Source of the DNA: Callorhinchus milii
Lineage: Eukaryota
Direction: 5' to 3'
DNA: 64,000 nt
NCBI RefSeq assembly: GCF_018977255.1
Contig: NW_024704742.1
Coordinates: forward strand, 84,756,001-84,820,000
Part shown: positions 26,850 to 39,975 of the stretch, one piece after another
Numbering within the stretch: position 1 is the stretch's first letter
Layout of the letters: each line of letters opens with the position of its first letter
Position numbers and translations under genes: made by a program
Notes under the pieces: generated by a model
Databases searched by the model: none
What the model saw: only the letters and a program-made list of their open reading frames with translations
Told to the model about the DNA's origin: nothing

Positions 26850-27560
26850 CATACACAGACACAGAGAGACACACTCACAGACACAGAAGAGAGACGCACA
26901 CACTCACAGACGCAGAGAAAGATGTACACACTCACAGACGAAGAGAGACGCACACTCACAGACACAGAGAGAGACACACACACTCACAGATGCAGAGAGA
27001 GACGCATACACTCACAGACAGAATCACACACTCACAGACACAGAGAGAGGTGCACACTCACAGACAGAGAGAGACGCACACTCACAGACAGAGAAAGACG
27101 CACACACTCATAGACAGACACACGCACTCACAGACGCAGAGAGAGACGCACACACTCACAGACAAGAGACACACACACACTCAGAAACACAGAGAAAGAC
27201 ACACACACTCACAGAGAGACACACATTCTCAGAGAAAGATGCACACTCACATAGAGACACTCATAAACACATAGAGAGAAACACAGTCACAGCCACAAAC
27301 ACACAGAGGAGAGGGAGACACAGACATACTCACAGACACTCACAAACAGCGCGGGAAAGACAAATACACACACTCACAAATGCTTATAGAGAGACGTACA
27401 CACAGGCAATCCTACATACTCACACACTCTCACACAAACAGACAATCCTACATACTCACACACCTTCACATGCTCACACACAATCCTACACACTCACACT
27501 CTCACATACACAATCCTACACACTCACATACTCTCTCACACAAACACACAGACAATCACA
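26850..27560. repeat. Compound (CA)/(GA) microsatellite-derived array
   Basis: Degenerate cacactcacagacagagaga units. Confidence 0.9.
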
Positions 27561-27766
27561 ACAGCGGGTCCTCTGAGTGAAGCCCATTTGCTCCTTGCGC
27601 TACACCGTGCATGACGTCCGGAGCCGCTCTCCCAGAGTGACGTCAGGTAAACGGCCAGGAGGCCCATGGGCTTGAAACTATAGTTATAGCAGGTTTGTAG
27701 TGGAGGAAAGCGTTTGACAAATTCTGGCGAAAAGTGCGTCTGTACTTTTCTATTGACCCAGGTGAT

Positions 27767-28075
27767 ATAATAATAATCCTTGCATTTGATATAGCTCCTT
27801 ATCACATCTTCTAGACGTCTCAAAGCGCTTCGCAGAATAGACTGTAAAGTGAGTTGATTGTATATTTGTGGGCAAAATGTGGCAGCCAATTGCACACAGC
27901 AATGTCCCACAAACAGTCATAGATTGAAATGACCAATTTATTATTTTTTTTCTTGAGGGATTATTATCAGGTGTGTGGAGTAAGGAAACTTGCCCAAGGT
28001 TTCACCCTGCCGGGAATCGAACCCAGGTCTCTCGCTTGCGAGGCGAGTGTTCTGACCACTGAGCTACAGGACTCT
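27767..28075 (-). mobile_element. tRNA-derived SINE
   Basis: Same family. Confidence 0.9.
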
Positions 28076-28254
28076 ACAATTGTACACAATGTAAATTAGT
28101 GCAAAGAATCAGCTCTCTCTTGTGCATATATACACACACACAAAATATATTTTCAGTGTCTTTTTACCATTCTCCTGATATTTTAAGGAAGGACCAGAGA
28201 TTCTTTGCTCCCTTTTATACACTAGAGAAACATAATTATTATGGCTTTACCTCC

Positions 28255-29385
28255 CTTTCCTTTCCAAGACCCACAGTACACAAACAGTTTTGGTCAAAGT
28301 GACAAATCACATTGTGTCCAAGGTTCCCTCTATCTCGTCGTCCTCTGAACTCTCTGCTGCCTTTTATGCTGTTGACCACTCTATCCTCTCTCCTTTCACC
28401 TCAACCTTCATGGTTCTGTCTTCGAATGGTTCATATCCTATCTCTGACACCATCTACACTTTGTCTCCAAGTACGGCTTCTCCTTAAGCCCCCGCATCGT
28501 CTCGTGTGGCAAGGGGCTCTGTCCTTGGTCCCCTCCTCTTCAACCTGAACTTACTCCCTCTTGGTGACATCACCCGCAGACATGGGGTCAACTTCCACAT
28601 GTATGCGGATGACACCCAACTCTATCTCTCTTCCTCCCCCCCGAACTCTAGGCCCACTGCTGTCCTGACAGAATGTCTGTCAGACATCAAGTCCTGGATG
28701 AGAGCCAACTTTTTCCAGTTGAACTTCAACAAGACCGAGGCTCTCCTGATTGGCTCCCGTCAGCGCCTCCTCACCTCATACACTGACAGCATCACCATCC
28801 ACGGTTGCACACTCCACCTCACTGAGCCAGTCTGCAACCTTGGGGTCTTGTTTGACCCTCAACTATCCTTTCTACCCCACATTTGCGCCATGACCCGCAC
28901 TGCCTTCCCCCACCTCCGCCCAGTTCCACCACTGCCTCTCCCTCAAGCCGCCAAAACCCATATCCATGCATTAGTTATATCTAGGCTCGACCACACCAAC
29001 TTCCTGCTTGTCAGCCTTCCCAACTCTTCCTCCACAAGCTGCAGATCATTCAGAGCTCTGCAGCTCGTGTCATCTCCCACACAAGGCTCTGTGATCCTAT
29101 CACCCCCACTCTCGCCCGGCTCTACATCCCCCAGAAGATAGAGTTAAAAATCCTCGTCCTCGCTTTCAAAGTCCTCTGAGACCTTGCTCCTCCCTACATC
29201 TGTGACCTGATAATGCCATATCGAACTGTCCACTACCTCCTCTCAGAAGGCCTGCTGCACGTCCCCCGCCTGGTCCGCCCCACCATCGGCGGTCACTCCT
29301 CCAGCCTCTCTGCCCCCACCCTCTGGAACTCCATCCCACCGGTCCTTCTCCTTGCTCCCCCCCTTGCTTCCAAAGTATTTTCCCC
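28255..29385 (+). mobile_element. L2 fragment with RT motifs
   Basis: GSVLGPLLF...YADDTQLY in ORF 28506-29141. Confidence 0.9.
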
Positions 29386-29433
29386 TTCCTTATTGCCCAC
29401 CAAAAGCAAAATCCTGATCTGGTATATACGTAC

Positions 29434-29539
29434 CTCTTCATCCAACTGTGAAAATGCACTAAAATCTTCCTCAGCCAAATCTATTGCAGTATTTTCTGCA
29501 GCAGCAATATCCTTCTCTGACTGATAGACCAAGCAATCC
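29434..29539 (-). CDS. SHOC1: SHOC1 coding exon 6, DCLVYQSEKD...QLDEE
   Basis: ttttag|G ... GAG|GTACGT, 106 nt, phase 2-0. Confidence 0.85.
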
Positions 29540-30135
29540 CTAAAAGATGCGTCAAATAGTCAAAAGCCACATTTGGTAAGTTAAGTGCTAAGATCACCTA
29601 CAAAATTATATAAGACCAAGATACTTTAGAAATGTTTAGATAAATATATGTTTACTGTTCATATATCATGGTTCAGTAACAAAAGCCTACAATTGAAGAA
29701 CAGTCGTAATACTGCAAACTTTAGCTTAATGTTTTTTGGTTCTTTATAAACAAGATATACAGTAGTCATTTGAATTAAAAATCCTTACTATTAACAAGGA
29801 GGTACATTGGACTAGTGATAAGGCATCACCACTTCAGTGGGTGCCATCATTCGTTGGAGGCCCTGATCATTGATTTACATTTGTGGTGCATTCAGGCCCC
29901 ACTCCTAACTTTGTTTTGAAGTTCTGCTGATTGACAGGGCCTTCTTAATAAATGTGTTCCTAAGAAATCTCAAGATTTTAAACTTAGTTTTGAGCCAATA
30001 AAAATTACTTTTTCAAAAATTGCTCTCAGCTTCTAAAATAGATAATGGGAGCTGGGGAAAGAAAAGGAAGGAGCAGCAGCATGTGCTTTTGGGGAGACAT
30101 TAGAAACAGCATAGCAATTTTTATTTTCTATTTAC

Positions 30136-30298
30136 CTGAAAAGTAACCCCTCAGTCAAAAGCTCTCCTTCGGCATTTACAAAAGGATCTTGTAAAGCATG
30201 CATTTTCAATCTGCCACAAAGGTTGTGCAACCTTGGTAACTGTTTGCAAAACTCTGGCAGATAATCAACAAATACCACTTCATTCTGCATAAACAAAT
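30136..30298 (-). CDS. SHOC1: SHOC1 coding exon 5, DLFMQNE...RLKMHALQDPF...LFR
   Basis: ttcaag|AT ... AG|GTAAAT, 163 nt, phase 1-2; resembles human RLKLFLVKDPL. Confidence 0.9.
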
Positions 30299-31264
30299 CT
30301 TGAAAAAAAATAGGAAATCCACTTTAACAAACACAAGCATTTTATGCACCCAAGGAAAAACATCAATATGTGCTACTTTCCATTCAACCTTTTTAATCAT
30401 CTACATATTCTTGGATCAATCTTATATATGATGACATTGAAGTTTGTAAAAGTTATAATCATTTATACCTACAGTTTAGCTCCCTGAACCAACCTTATTG
30501 TTTGCCCTCTCCACTCACAATCCACACGCTTTCGTGAGAAGGCAATGTACGTCTCTTGGACAAGACCAGCTTTCACAGTCCCTCCACTTTACAGTATACA
30601 GGTGTGAAGTGTTTTGAGACGTCCTCCCAAAGTAAATGGTATTTTACCAAAGATAAGGATTTTTTTGTTATTATTATTAATAACTTGACTCAACAATCCA
30701 CAATTCCATTCTATTAGATTTGGCTTCCTTGACAAATATTCTTTTCCCAATCATATTCCATTAATTACTGTTGACCCCCATTATAACAATGTTAGTTGGG
30801 GTACACAAAATCCCAATCAGCACTATAATGGGCTGGTCAATGCTTCTGCATTAGCTGCGCATCCATGCGCAAACAGGAAACATTGCCGGCACAAAGAATA
30901 TCAAAATAACCGACTTCCGGGTCACCAGGTCGCAGCCACATGCACAATGCGCAAGAAATGATGTTGTCGACCGCCTAATAACCTGGAAGTCAGACATTTG
31001 TGCTCCTCTGATACCGGGTGCCATTTCATCTTTCTGCAGGTGCATTGAAGTGGCAATGGAGTGAGCCCATGCATTTTGGATAAGAAAATGCCATGGTCCA
31101 AAACCTACCCACCATCCAATCAATAAGTGTAGTCCTGGCACTTTATACTTTGTTGCAACTGAGGGTTTGCTTTGTCCATCGATGATTTATCAAAGGTATT
31201 TTACATGAAACACTATATTAAAAATGAGAAATCCTGAGATGTTCTGAGATATCCAGAGTGACTA

Positions 31265-31790
31265 GAATCATAGAATCAGATTATTATACATTCGGCCCAT
31301 TGTGTCTGTGTTGGCTCTTTGAAAAGAGTTATCCAATTCAATCCCACTTCCCCGCGCTCTCCCCATAACTCCGCAAACTTGTCCTCCCCAAATAATTATC
31401 TACTTCTCCCTTAAAAGCTGTTATCGAATTGGCTTCCACCATCCTTTTAGGTAATGCATTCCAGATCCGAACAACTTGCTGTGTGAATAAATTTTTCCTC
31501 ACCTCCCCTCCGTTTCTTTTAGCAACTATTTTAAATCGGTGTCCTCTGGTTACTGACCCACCCGCCAGTGGAAATATTTTCTCCTTGTTCACCCTATCAA
31601 ATCTCTTCATAATTTTGAAAACTTCTATTAAGTCTCCTCTTAACCTTCTCTGCTCCAAGGGGAATAATCTTATCTTCTCTAGCCTCTCCTGGTAACTGAA
31701 GTCCCTCATTCCTGGTACCATCCTGGTAAATCTCCTTTGCATCCTCTCCAATGCCTTGACATCCTTCCTAAAGTGTGGTGCCCGGAACTA
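31265..31790 (-). mobile_element. CR1 3' fragment
   Basis: ORF with RRLRGDLIEVFKIM and TRGHRFK; (tagaatca)-type tail. Confidence 0.9.
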
Positions 31791-32060
31791 GTTATCAGAG
31801 AATCATAATTAACACTTCTTATGGGAAATAGTCAGGATATTGAGCTATGTAGCATTGTTATCAGAGCTTCACTATAAATCCTTGTTTTCTGATATAGCGC
31901 CTTTCACATCGGGAAGACATCTCAAATCGCTCACAGGAATTACACACAACAAAGTCCCATAAAGTTAGATAGACATTACAGAAGCTACAGTGTATTCATA
32001 TCTCATTGATTGGTTTGATATAATTCAATTCCTCTTCGCTGACCAATATCAGCACAGTAC

Positions 32061-32254
32061 CTGTTTGTGAATTCACGTCTGCAGGTTTAGCATCCTTCTC
32101 AAAGGTCTCCTGCTCATCGTTTATGTTATGCAAAACATTGCTCCTTAAAAACGAACTCACATCATCTATGTCAATCTGAGAGTTAGGATTTGAACTTGGC
32201 ACAATCTCCAAACTGTCAACACCAATTGGGGGATCCACCAAAGAAACACATACC
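32061..32254 (-). CDS. SHOC1: SHOC1 coding exon 4, ...LEIVPSSNPNSQIDIDDVS...
   Basis: Resembles human EEVVPSSNPDSQIEVEEVS; 194 nt, phase 2-1. Confidence 0.9.
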
Positions 32255-32359
32255 CTAAAAAAACACAAACATTGCAAGAAGACAAGAAACCAATGAGAAC
32301 ATGGTTTACATAGTTTTTTTTAAGAAATCACTTCTCTTTTGTATAGATTTCCCCTCTGG

Positions 32360-32645
32360 CGGGAAAGCTTGCCAGACAGCAATATCAATGGCAATCTATG
32401 GAGCTTTAGCTGGTTAAACTCCAGCAGTACCCCAACGCACTCTGGGATCCTCTTGCCAACCTGCGCCTAATTCTTTCTGGAATTAGGTAAACAGGATTCA
32501 TCCCTTCAGGAAGAGAGTGTACATTCCATTCTAACAATCTATCTCTGGGATTTCCTTGTGTAGGTGGGATGCATAAAAATCTCAGTTTGGTTTGGGTACT
32601 CTTAACGGTGATGGGTTTCTGCATGAGTCAGACACCCGGCTGTCC
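32360..32645 (+). mobile_element. Right part of the same TIR-bounded repeat
   Basis: Overlaps 36315-36393 in sequence and ends in the inverted terminal motif tcagacacccggctgtcc. Confidence 0.65.
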
Positions 32646-34271
32646 CCCAAAATTACAAAAATCAACTTGCTATTTCATCACTGGCCAGTTGGAGGCACAA
32701 GCCAACCAGCATTATAAAATCAGCATCAACTTTAATTTTTTTATTGCAAATTTTCCTGTGATCTTTTGCCCAGTAAATCTTGTGAAGCGCTTTGAAAGAT
32801 CCTCCATTTTTATTATATAATTATTGACCTACTATCTTTTAGATGAATGAAATTTTTTGCAGATTAACAAAAAAGGATCGTGCAACTAAGCAATCATCAC
32901 ATATATGAATAAGCCAAGATGAAAAAAGCCCCAAGATATTGACATGCATACAGATTTACTGTTCTGTCCCATCAAAAGATTCATACAAGTATTATCGTTT
33001 CAACATTTCAGGCTCCCCAGAAGATAAACTTGATTACAGCTATACACGAATGTTGTCTAATTTAACTAGAATGTTATTTTTAGGTATTTATTAATCTATT
33101 CATCCCATTTGCCTATCTTTATCAGCTATAACATTGGGTGTTATTTTTAGTTGCAAGTTTTATTTGATTTTAAAACATAACAAATAACTGGATGGTAACA
33201 ATATCCAGTGTCTATGAGTCAGAAAGTTGTGGGTTCAAGTCCTACAGACAATCGTGCTGGCAGTGTCCTGCATTATGGGAGGTGCTGTTCTTCAAATGAG
33301 ATGTTAAAACAAGATGCTTGCCTGATAAATAATTTTTTTAATAATAGTTTTGAACTATCTCCTTTTATAGAAAGTGCTGCCTCTTTTTCTAAGACAAGAT
33401 CGGACATTTTCTATACACTGTTCATTTTTGTTGTTGTTGCTGCTCTGTGTATATACCACAGGAGCAACAATATGACACAAAAGACTATGAGAACAATTAA
33501 ACAAGTAAAATATAATCTTGCATCCTATGTGACCGCAGAAGACCACAGATTACTATGATGTCCTCTTTAGAGAAATTCTGATACACCATTTAACAGAAAA
33601 ACTTCAACAGGTTCTAAAAATAACTGGTTTCTTTCCACTTCTGTTAGCATACATTCAAAATACCATAACGTTAACAAATTGAATTAAGATTTTTGTTGAA
33701 TACTGTCTAGTGTAATACAATCAGGAATTCTCTCCTCAAAAATGATGTTTTTTTCATTTTCTAAAGGATAACTTACAGGAACAGACAGAATAGTCTGATG
33801 AATATAAAAAGCTTACACGTCAGTGCATTAATTAATCTCTTGCCTTATCCACTCTCCAGATAATGTCTTTGATATGCAGTTCAGCCAATGAGCTCCAAGT
33901 TACACTTAATATTTTCCTATCAGAGTACTAGTATAAACAGATTCCTTAATTGCCACAGGCATGCTTTGATCTAACAGACCCTCTCTCTCTTTTGAAAATG
34001 ATAAACGCTCCCTGCTGAGTTACTATACCAGCACAATGCTCAATGGAGTGATAGGACTCAAAGTAACCTTCACAATTCCTTGTATGGAGAATTACCAAAC
34101 CATGGGGCGCACTAAAGGTTACATGAAGACTATATAATTTTAACAATGAGGACAGACCTTGAGAAATGAAATATCATGGACGGGCATAAAGGGTAGTAAA
34201 AAATTGTAACATGCAGTGCATTAAAAGTCAACATTAGAAAATTATTTAAAAAGCAAACGCTTGGATAGTAC

Positions 34272-34362
34272 CTCTCAAGAAAATCATCTATGTAGACATG
34301 TTTCTTCCATTCAGTCAATACACAACCATCCATCAGTAGTTTGCAGGAAGAAATCACTGTCC
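34272..34362 (-). CDS. SHOC1: SHOC1 coding exon 3, ...VLTEWKKHVYIDDFLER
   Basis: Resembles human VLDQWKASFFVEDFLEK; phase 1-2; alternative in-frame acceptor gives start 34356. Confidence 0.88.
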
Positions 34363-34759
34363 CTACCAAGTGTAATTCAGCATGTTAGCATTCTCTTCTT
34401 CTAAAGAAAAAGCTTTAAAAATTAATAAAGCACCAAATAACTTCATTTAAAAAAAATTTACGACAACATTCAAATGTTTGACTTTGTAGTACAACTATTC
34501 ATGAAATAAGCTGCAGCAGAGAACCACGTCACTGGGACAACACTTATTGTGGATGTAATTACAATGTAGTCATCACGCAAAATACAATGAAAGTTACTAA
34601 ACAAAACCTTTTATCGTAACTTATACTGTCACAATAGAAATTATACAATGCCAGTGCCTCTCTCCTTACACACACACACACACACTCACACACACACCAA
34701 GTGCCAGCCCTGCGCTGTTCCTCCCATTCTCTCTCCACCTGTCTGTGTGTGGAGTTTCA

Positions 34760-35695
34760 AAGATGGGGGCAGAACGTCTGAAAACTCCCACACCAATGGC
34801 GGAATGGATCAGGTGGGACCTACTGAGTGGATGGAGCAACCAGATGATAGGGTTGCATGAGGTTGGTAGGTAGGGGAGAGGCCATGGAGGCATTTGAATG
34901 TAATGACAAGGATCTTGAACTAAATTTGCTGAGAGATACGGAGCCAGTGGATCCGAGGGAGTATGTGAGTGATAAACTTTTGGAGCCTGGTGCTCGACAG
35001 GATATGGGCTGCAGAGTTCTGTATGGTCCGCAGCTTGTCGAGAGAAAAGCTAAGAATTCTGGTGAGCAGAGTATTAATTGTCAAATAGACAAGACTTGAG
35101 ATGATGAAAGTATAAATGAGGGTCTCAGCAGCCCGGGAAGAAAGGTAGTGGTGTAAATAATAATAAATAATATAATCCTTGCATTTGATATAGTGCTTTT
35201 TATGTCTTCTCGACTTCTCAAAGTGCTTCACATAATATACTGTAAAGTGAATTGACTGTATATTTGTGTGCAAAACAGCATGGGGGCAGAATGTCCGAAA
35301 GCTCCCACACCAATGGCGGAACGGATCAGGTGGGACCTGCTGCATGGAGGGTGCAACCATTTGCACACAGCAGTGTCCCACAGTCGTGAATTGAAGTGAT
35401 CAATTTAGTATTGTTTTTTCTTGAGGGATTATTATCAGGCGTGTGGAGTAAGGGAACTTGCCTTACTCAAAGTTTTTGCCTGCTGGGAATTGATCCCAGG
35501 TCTCTTGCTTGCGAGGCAAGTGCTCTAACCACTGTGCTACAGGACTCCTCTGTAAATAGGTGATGTTGCAGGTGAGGAAAAGCCAAGTGAGTGAGAACCT
35601 GGATGTAGGGTTTGAAAGATGGTTGTGGTCAAATATGACACTGAGGTTCTACACTGGCTCATAACATGGAGTGAGCATCCATGCAGATCGATGAG
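34760..35695 (-). mobile_element. Decayed L2 interrupted by a SINE at ~35158-35548
   Basis: IQNSAAHIL motif; L2 similarity resumes after the SINE. Confidence 0.75.
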
Positions 35696-35845
35696 GTCAA
35701 AACGTATTTTCAGAGTGTACTTTCGGTAAGTTTCTGATTACCAGAAGAAGTAATTTACAACTTGGATTCCTTAATAAGAAATGCATTTTAGACTGGCACG
35801 AACTAACAAAAGATTTAACAAACCAAAAGTAAAAATAACAGGTAC

Positions 35846-35975
35846 CTCGGGTCCACGGCCTTCTGTAAGTATCATTGTCGAGTCTACCTTTGTAGCAGTA
35901 GTTGTCTACATAGTCTAGATGGTGGGGTGCTGGAAGTAGTAGCCAATTTACTGTAAGCTTTTGCCTGGTCAACAC
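35846..35975 (-). CDS. SHOC1: SHOC1 coding exon 2, VLTRQK...YRRPWTR
   Basis: gtag|GTG ... G|GTACCT, 130 nt, phase 0-1; RRPWTR motif conserved. Confidence 0.92.
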
Positions 35976-36030
35976 CTACACCAGTTAAAACAAATATTAC
36001 ATCTTATTTATTTATTTATTTATTTATTTT

Positions 36031-36393
36031 GGTCAACCGGGTGTCTGATACTTGCGGAAACAAACCACCATGCTTAAGAGGTTTTCCTTTTGTTTGGCAG
36101 TGGACTGTCAGAATCGAGCCATTGTCCGGGACCTGAGCAGGCGGGTCCGCAGTAATCCTGGGCACTGCTCACAACAACACAGCCAGACTTGCTCAGCAGT
36201 AGCACTTGGAAGGGCAGACCAGTCAATGGGGGCAGAGATTCTTCCCACTCAGTTCCCGTTAACCCTACAAGCCAAAGCCTTATCGGATAGGGTGGTCCTA
36301 GCTGGACAAGGAGTGGAAAAGCTTGGAGACAGCGATATTAATGGCAAGCTATGCATTTTTAACTGTTTAGACTTCTGCAGTACCCCAACACAC
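36031..36393 (+). mobile_element. Left part of an unclassified TIR-bounded (MITE-like) repeat
   Basis: Homologous segments at ~3845-4030 (-), 32360-32645 (+), 38590-38916 (-), 49220-49830 (+); 36031-36080 is the reverse complement of 32599-32645. Confidence 0.65.
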
Positions 36394-36396
36394 ATT

Positions 36397-38590
36397 AACA
36401 TAACATATAGGAGCAGGAGTAGGCCATTCGGCCCTTCGAGCCTGCCCAGCAATTCAATCATGGCTGATATTCTAATCTAATGCAGCTAATAACATAAACC
36501 TGTCTTATCCCCATATCCCTTAATACCTTTTGCAATAAGAAGTCTATCTATCTCAGTCTTGAATATGTTCAAGGACTGAGCATCAACAGCCCTTTGGGGT
36601 AGTGAGTTCCATACATTCACCACCCTTTAAGTGAAGAGGTACTTCCTCAACTCAGTGCGAAAGGGCTGGCGTCTGATTTTAAGGTTGTGACTCCTGGTTT
36701 TAGTTTCAGCAACCAGGGGAAACAATCTCCCACTATCTATTCTATCATGCCCTTTGATGATCTTATAGGTTTCTATAAGATCCCCACTAATTCTTCTGTA
36801 TTCTAGAGAATATAGGCCCAAATTGGTCAGCCTATCCTCGTAACTCATCCCCTTCATCCCTGGTACTAACCTAGTAAATCTACGCTGCAGTCCCTCCGAG
36901 GCAAGTACATCCTTCCTTAAATAAGGAGACCAAAATTGGACACAATATTCCAGGTGTGGTCTCACCAGGGCCCTATACAGTTGCAGCAAGACTTCCCTAC
37001 TCTTATACTCTAATCCTTTCATAATGAATGCTAACATACCGTTCGCCTTCCTAATTGCTGCTGCACCTGCAGACTTCTAAAAAATAACCTACTCTACTAT
37101 TTTTGCTACCGAGGTGGATGACTTCGCACTTCCCTACATTATACTTCATCTACCACCTACCTGCCCAATCACCTAACCTATCTATGTCCCGCAGCATTTT
37201 TTAATATCATCCTCTGTGTTGACACTTCCTTCTCGTTTTGTGTCATCCGCGAACTTAGATATATTAACTTTGATGTCCTCATATAGATCGTTGATGTAGA
37301 TGGTAAATAGCTGAGGCCCAAGGACTGATCCTTGTGGCACTCCACTAGTCACATCCCGCCAATCTGAAAAGGACCCGTTTATCCCTACTCTTTGTTTCCT
37401 ACCCGTTAACCATTCCCGAATCCACGTTAATATGCTCCTCCCAATTCCATGGGCCCTTATCTTTTGGACTAACCTTTTATGCGGCACCTTATCGAATGCC
37501 TTCTGGAAGTCCAAATAGACCACATCCACTGATTCACCCTTATCTAGTTTACTCAAAATATCCTCAAAAAATTCTATGAGATTTGTCAAACATGACTTCC
37601 CTTTTGTAAAGCCATGTTGACTTGGCCTAATTATATTGTGCTCTCCTAAATACCGCACTATTACATCCTTAATCAACGATTCTAAAATTTTCCTATCACT
37701 GATGTGAGACTAACTGGCCTACAGTTCCCCATCTTTTCCTTTCCACCTTTTTTAAATAGTGGTGTGACATTTGCGATCTTCCAATCCATGGGGACTGTTC
37801 CAGAATCCAAGGAATTTTGGAAGATCAGACACTATCTCACAAGCTACCTCGTTTAAAACCCTGGGATGCAAGCCATCCGGACCAGGGGATTTGTCACTTT
37901 TTAGTGCTAACAGTTTCCCTAGCACCAATTCTCTACTAATGAAAATTTCCCTAAGTTGCTCCCTGTCCTTATCCCCTTGGTGCATCTCTATTGTTGGCAG
38001 ACGTGTTGTGTCTTCACGGGTGAAGACAGATGCAAAGTACCCATTTAGGGACTCTGCCATGTCCTTATCCCCCATTACAACTTCTCCCATCTCTGACTGA
38101 AGTGGATCTACATTTACCCTCACTAACCTATTCCTCTTAATGTATTTATAAAAACTTTTACAATCTGACTTAATGTTCCTAGCTAGCTTATCCTCATACT
38201 CCTTTTTCTCGCTCTTAATGAGATTTTAGGTTTTTTTTGCTGGTTTCTAAAACTCTCCCAATCTTCAGATTTGCTGCTTTTCTTGGCAGTTTTATAAGCT
38301 TTTTCTTTTAATTTGATGCTTTCCCTAACTGCTCTAGTTAGCCACGGATGAATTGCTTTCCCTGTGGTACGCTTATTCCGCAAGGGACTATGCGACCGCT
38401 GAGAATTATGCACTACATTCTTAAATATTTGCCACTGTTGGTCTACATTTTTACCTCTTAATCTTATTCTCCAGTCTATTTTACCTAAATCTTTCCTCAT
38501 ACTTACAAAATTAGCCTTATTTAAATTCAGAATACTTGCCTCGGATTTAACTATATCCCTCTCTAACTTAATGCAGAATTCAATCATATT
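36397..38590 (-). mobile_element. CR1-clade LINE, 5'-truncated, frameshifted, with 3' end
   Basis: ORFs 36627-38587 with [19 protein letters not shown]; related to the copy at 1-2330. Confidence 0.95.
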
Positions 38591-39975
38591 GAGTACTCAA
38601 ACCTACACAGGAAAACTCCTGTGCACTGGAATGCAATTCCATTCTCTCCCTACAGGGTTACATCCTGCTTACCTAATTCCAGAGAGCATTAGTTACAGGC
38701 ACAGGTTGGCAACTGACAAGCTTGGAGACCCCCAAAGTGAGGCACTGCTGGTGTCTAACCAGCTAAAACCACATAGCTTGCCATTGATATCACTGTCTGG
38801 CAAACTTTCCTGCTGTTTGTCCAGCTAGGATCACCCTCCCCATTAGGGCTTTGGCTTGCAGGGTTAATAGGAGCTGAGTGGGAAGAATCCCTGCCCCCAA
38901 TATCTCCCTCCAAGTCATTTAAAAATGCAAACATCTTACTAGCCTTTAAAATTAAAACATTGTTGTAATTAAATTAACCTAACTAAGCAACAACAACTTT
39001 AATCTTTATCTATGTAAACTAAATGACACATAGCTTTAGACCCACCATGTTTTTTCTTCAATATTTCACTCTTTCATACTTGATGGATCTTAGCCACATT
39101 GTGCCAAGTAGGATTAAAAGAGAAAAATAGGAAATAAATGATAGTTTACCTTCTCTAAATGTGGTGTTCCTCCTTTTTTGTATGAAGCTCAAACTTCAAA
39201 TACAAATGCACCAGTTTCAAAAAGGGGAAAAAAGTCCTGAGCAAAGGCCAACTAATTTTTTGCATTCTTTGACATTCTGTAAAATGGGAGGCAGAGCTCC
39301 TCCTGAAAAGCCTCCTAGCTATATCAATCTATTATTTCACTCTGAAATGTATGCTCAAGAAAGGTCTGTTTGTTTCCCATTACACACATGTTGAGAGGCC
39401 TAATTATCAATTCAATAGGTCAGTCATGTTGAAGATAAATATGATCAATGTAGGTATGAAAGCATTTCAGATAGATGTCAAAAAGTAAACTTCCAAGACT
39501 CAGTTGATAGCATTCTCACCTCGGAGTCAGAAGAATGTGGATTTAAGCCTCACATTGGGACGAAGTCCAAATAAATCCCAACATAGCTCAGAATCTAGGC
39601 TGACACGGGAGGGGGGAGATGGCATTGGCGAAGGTGCATCAATTGGATGAGAAAGAATACAGAGTTCCCATCTTATCTGTTCAGCCATGACACTCTTTAC
39701 TTCATAGCTATTTATGGGACATTGCCATGTAAATTGGTTGGCATTTTTGCCTATAAAATACACAATTACTATACTCCACAGAAAATCCTGTGAAGCGCTT
39801 TAAGATGTTTCGACAACATGGTAAAGAATTGTTAAATGCAACTGTTATTATTTAAGCGAAATTGGGGGTACCTAGCACAGATATGGATATATTTGATTTA
39901 AATTGTTTTAACATTTTTTAACACGGCAAACACTTGCTCTTCTGCACTCGAAACACAAATATTGTTATTCTTTAC

